Position numbers and translations under genes: made by a program. Shown piece by piece: positions 62,007-64,000 of a DNA stretch of 64,000 nt. Below the pieces are notes generated by a model that saw only the letters and a list, made by a program, of their open reading frames with translations, was not told where the DNA came from and made no database searches. Source of the DNA: Eledone cirrhosa (lineage: Eukaryota); NCBI GenBank assembly GCA_964016885.1, contig OZ024743.1, forward strand, positions 67,704,001-67,768,000, given 5' to 3'. Positions within the stretch are counted from its first letter, which is position 1. Each line of letters begins with the position of its first letter.

Positions 62007-62733
62007 TGAATCCAACCACCGACAACGTAGTTGGATGACCGATAATCACACCAAACCGGAGTACTGTGATCCTTGTGACTTCGAGTAATACAACCACTGA
62101 CACTGTTACGAAGACCAGAAAACCATACTCCATAATATTGGACCAAGTGATTGATTTGTGCGACCAAAATAACACCACACACATATTGAACTAGGAATAT
62201 TGGATCCTCCGTCAATTTCTGGGTGAGCAAAAACAGATTTCTATCTGCATTGGAATTTACGAACTTGTGCATATGCTGTGGTGTCAAAAACAAACGCACG
62301 TGACCGCACATATGAACAATGGACTATGCCACCTGGGTTGAACCTGCAAGTTTTTTGAAGGATGTGCAACTCTGATATACAGATTATTTATTATTAAGAT
62401 GTATAAACTTGACATAACTATTATCATCTTATATTCTCTCAACTAATCACGTTTGATTTTATTTCTCTATCCCGTTTACTCCCCCCATATTTATAATTTT
62501 GTTATGTGAAATAATCGGTTTTTTTACATTGTGTTTTTCCCTTTCTAATACTTGCTTATATTTCTTTATATATTCTCTATATATTTTTTTAATTTATATA
62601 TATATATTTGTTTATATTTATTCTTATTTTCACTTTTATCCTCCGTTATATTTTATCTTATTCTTACTTTTATACCTTATTTTATACCTTATTTTATACC
62701 TTATTTATCTTCCCCATGCCTTATTATACATTC

Positions 62734-62862
62734 GGTGGATTGGCAGTATCGGTAGAGGGTCGGACGCCATGCTTTCCAGCATAGTTACGTCCCTTTACGA
62801 TCTGAGTTCAAATCCCGCCGAGGTTGACTTTGCCTTTCATCCTTACGGGGTCGATAAAATAA
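62734..62862 (+). mobile_element. Family A SINE, 3'-truncated
   Basis: ggtggattggcagtatcggtagag..gagttcaaatcccgccgagg..ggggtcgataaaata. Confidence 0.88.
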
Positions 62863-63296
62863 TCAATCATATAAAGATTTTGCCACCAGATCTACCAACC
62901 TAACACTCTTATTTACCTACCTAAGTGCCTCTACCACACATATCTCTCTGCCACACTATATAAACAAGACGCACATGCGTGCCTCACATATAACATTTGC
63001 ACTATATAACCACCTATCTTCATGTTGTACTTTAACCTATATCTTTGATTTTGATTGTACCTATTAATATAAATGAAATCTCGAAGTGTGTACTGCCACT
63101 CTAAATTCTGTAATGAATGTTGACCCACAATGTTTGAATATGTATCAATGTTTGAATATGTATTGGTATGTCTCTCGGCTGAAAAGGAGGTCATATAACT
63201 GTCCATGCATTAATAAATTGCTCCGAAGAATCCAAACCTCGGTTTGGAGGAAACAGCTGTAAGCACAATAATGTTTTGAACAGTTCTTTGATTCTT

Positions 63297-63384
<88 letters not shown>

Positions 63385-63395
63385 TGTGTGTGTTT

Positions 63396-63900
63396 GTAGA
63401 TAAATCTACCAAAATATACGGTAGTGTACAATCCGTATGAAGAACTCAATGTAATCCAAATATCTGAAAAGAGAAGATGCTTTCAAACATTTTCGATGAA
63501 AATCACAGGAAAACAGAGTCAAGATAAATTAATAAATACAATGAATAAAAACAAAGAACAAGTTCCTCATATTAAAAAATTCATCATTTTACGATCGTTT
63601 CTCGGATATATATTTGTGTTGGTATGTATATCATATAGATCTATGTACACATTTTACAAACTATCAGAGGAAATATACATATCTTCACATATATATGCTG
63701 TCTTCAGAAAAAAAGATTATTTCTGAAGACAGCATATATATGTGAAGGTATGTATATTTCCTCTGATAGTTTGTAAAATGTTTACATAGATCTATATGAT
63801 ATACATACCAACACACATGTATATCCTAGAAACGATCGTAAAATGATGAATTATTTAATATAAGGAACTTGTTCTTTGTTTTTATTCATTGTTTTTATTA

Positions 63901-63906
<6 letters not shown>
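63396..63906. mobile_element. Family H4 fold-back: ~190-bp arms (63524-63713, 63717-63906), tail 63396-63523
   Basis: Arms are reverse complements with scattered mismatches; each carries a whole long-stem-II HHR. Confidence 0.88.
63717..63846 (+). ncRNA. Type-I hammerhead motif with ~100-nt stem II (mirror copy 63584-63713 on -)
   Basis: ttattt-CTGAAGA-cagcatatatatgtg aa ggtatgtatat...atatacatacc aa cacacatgtatatcct a-GAAA-cgatcg-TA^aaatga. Confidence 0.72.
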
Positions 63907-63980
<74 letters not shown>

Positions 63981-64000
63981 TGGCTGCCAACTCGTTTTCG

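Noticed and set aside
63524-63906. Fold-backs as assembly or chimeric-read artefacts
   Set aside because: Arms carry independent substitutions and indels and the tail asymmetry recurs per family; only 48011-48835 is identical enough to need read confirmation.

Overview
AT-rich, repeat-saturated eukaryotic non-coding DNA. The (TA)n load and repeat repertoire suggest a cephalopod (octopus-like) genome, which is inference only. No host gene can be supported; most long ORFs are microsatellite translations or decayed transposons. Contents: four L1/Tx1-clade LINE copies with (ATCT)n tails, many Penelope-like element (PLE) pieces (Neptune-like and Naiad-like, RT plus GIY-YIG), two CR1/L2-like LINE pieces, R4/Dong-like fragments, a deleted mariner, a non-autonomous Helitron, tRNA-derived SINEs and a 200-N gap. 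The hidden layer, found by reading both strands, is about 20 type-I hammerhead ribozyme (HHR) motifs from about 12 unrelated families. Most have palindromic stem III (dimer-type), six families close stem II with U.U, and one has a ~100-nt stem II. They sit in insertions into (TA)n with a repeated asymmetric fold-back design: two inverted copies of the element 3' end, only one carrying an extra tail, with inner ends often stopping at the HHR. Two ORF-less, terminally redundant units (529-544 bp with an HHR, and 634 bp) look like retrozyme-type copies of circular RNAs. All structures were folded by eye; activity and novelty are untested.
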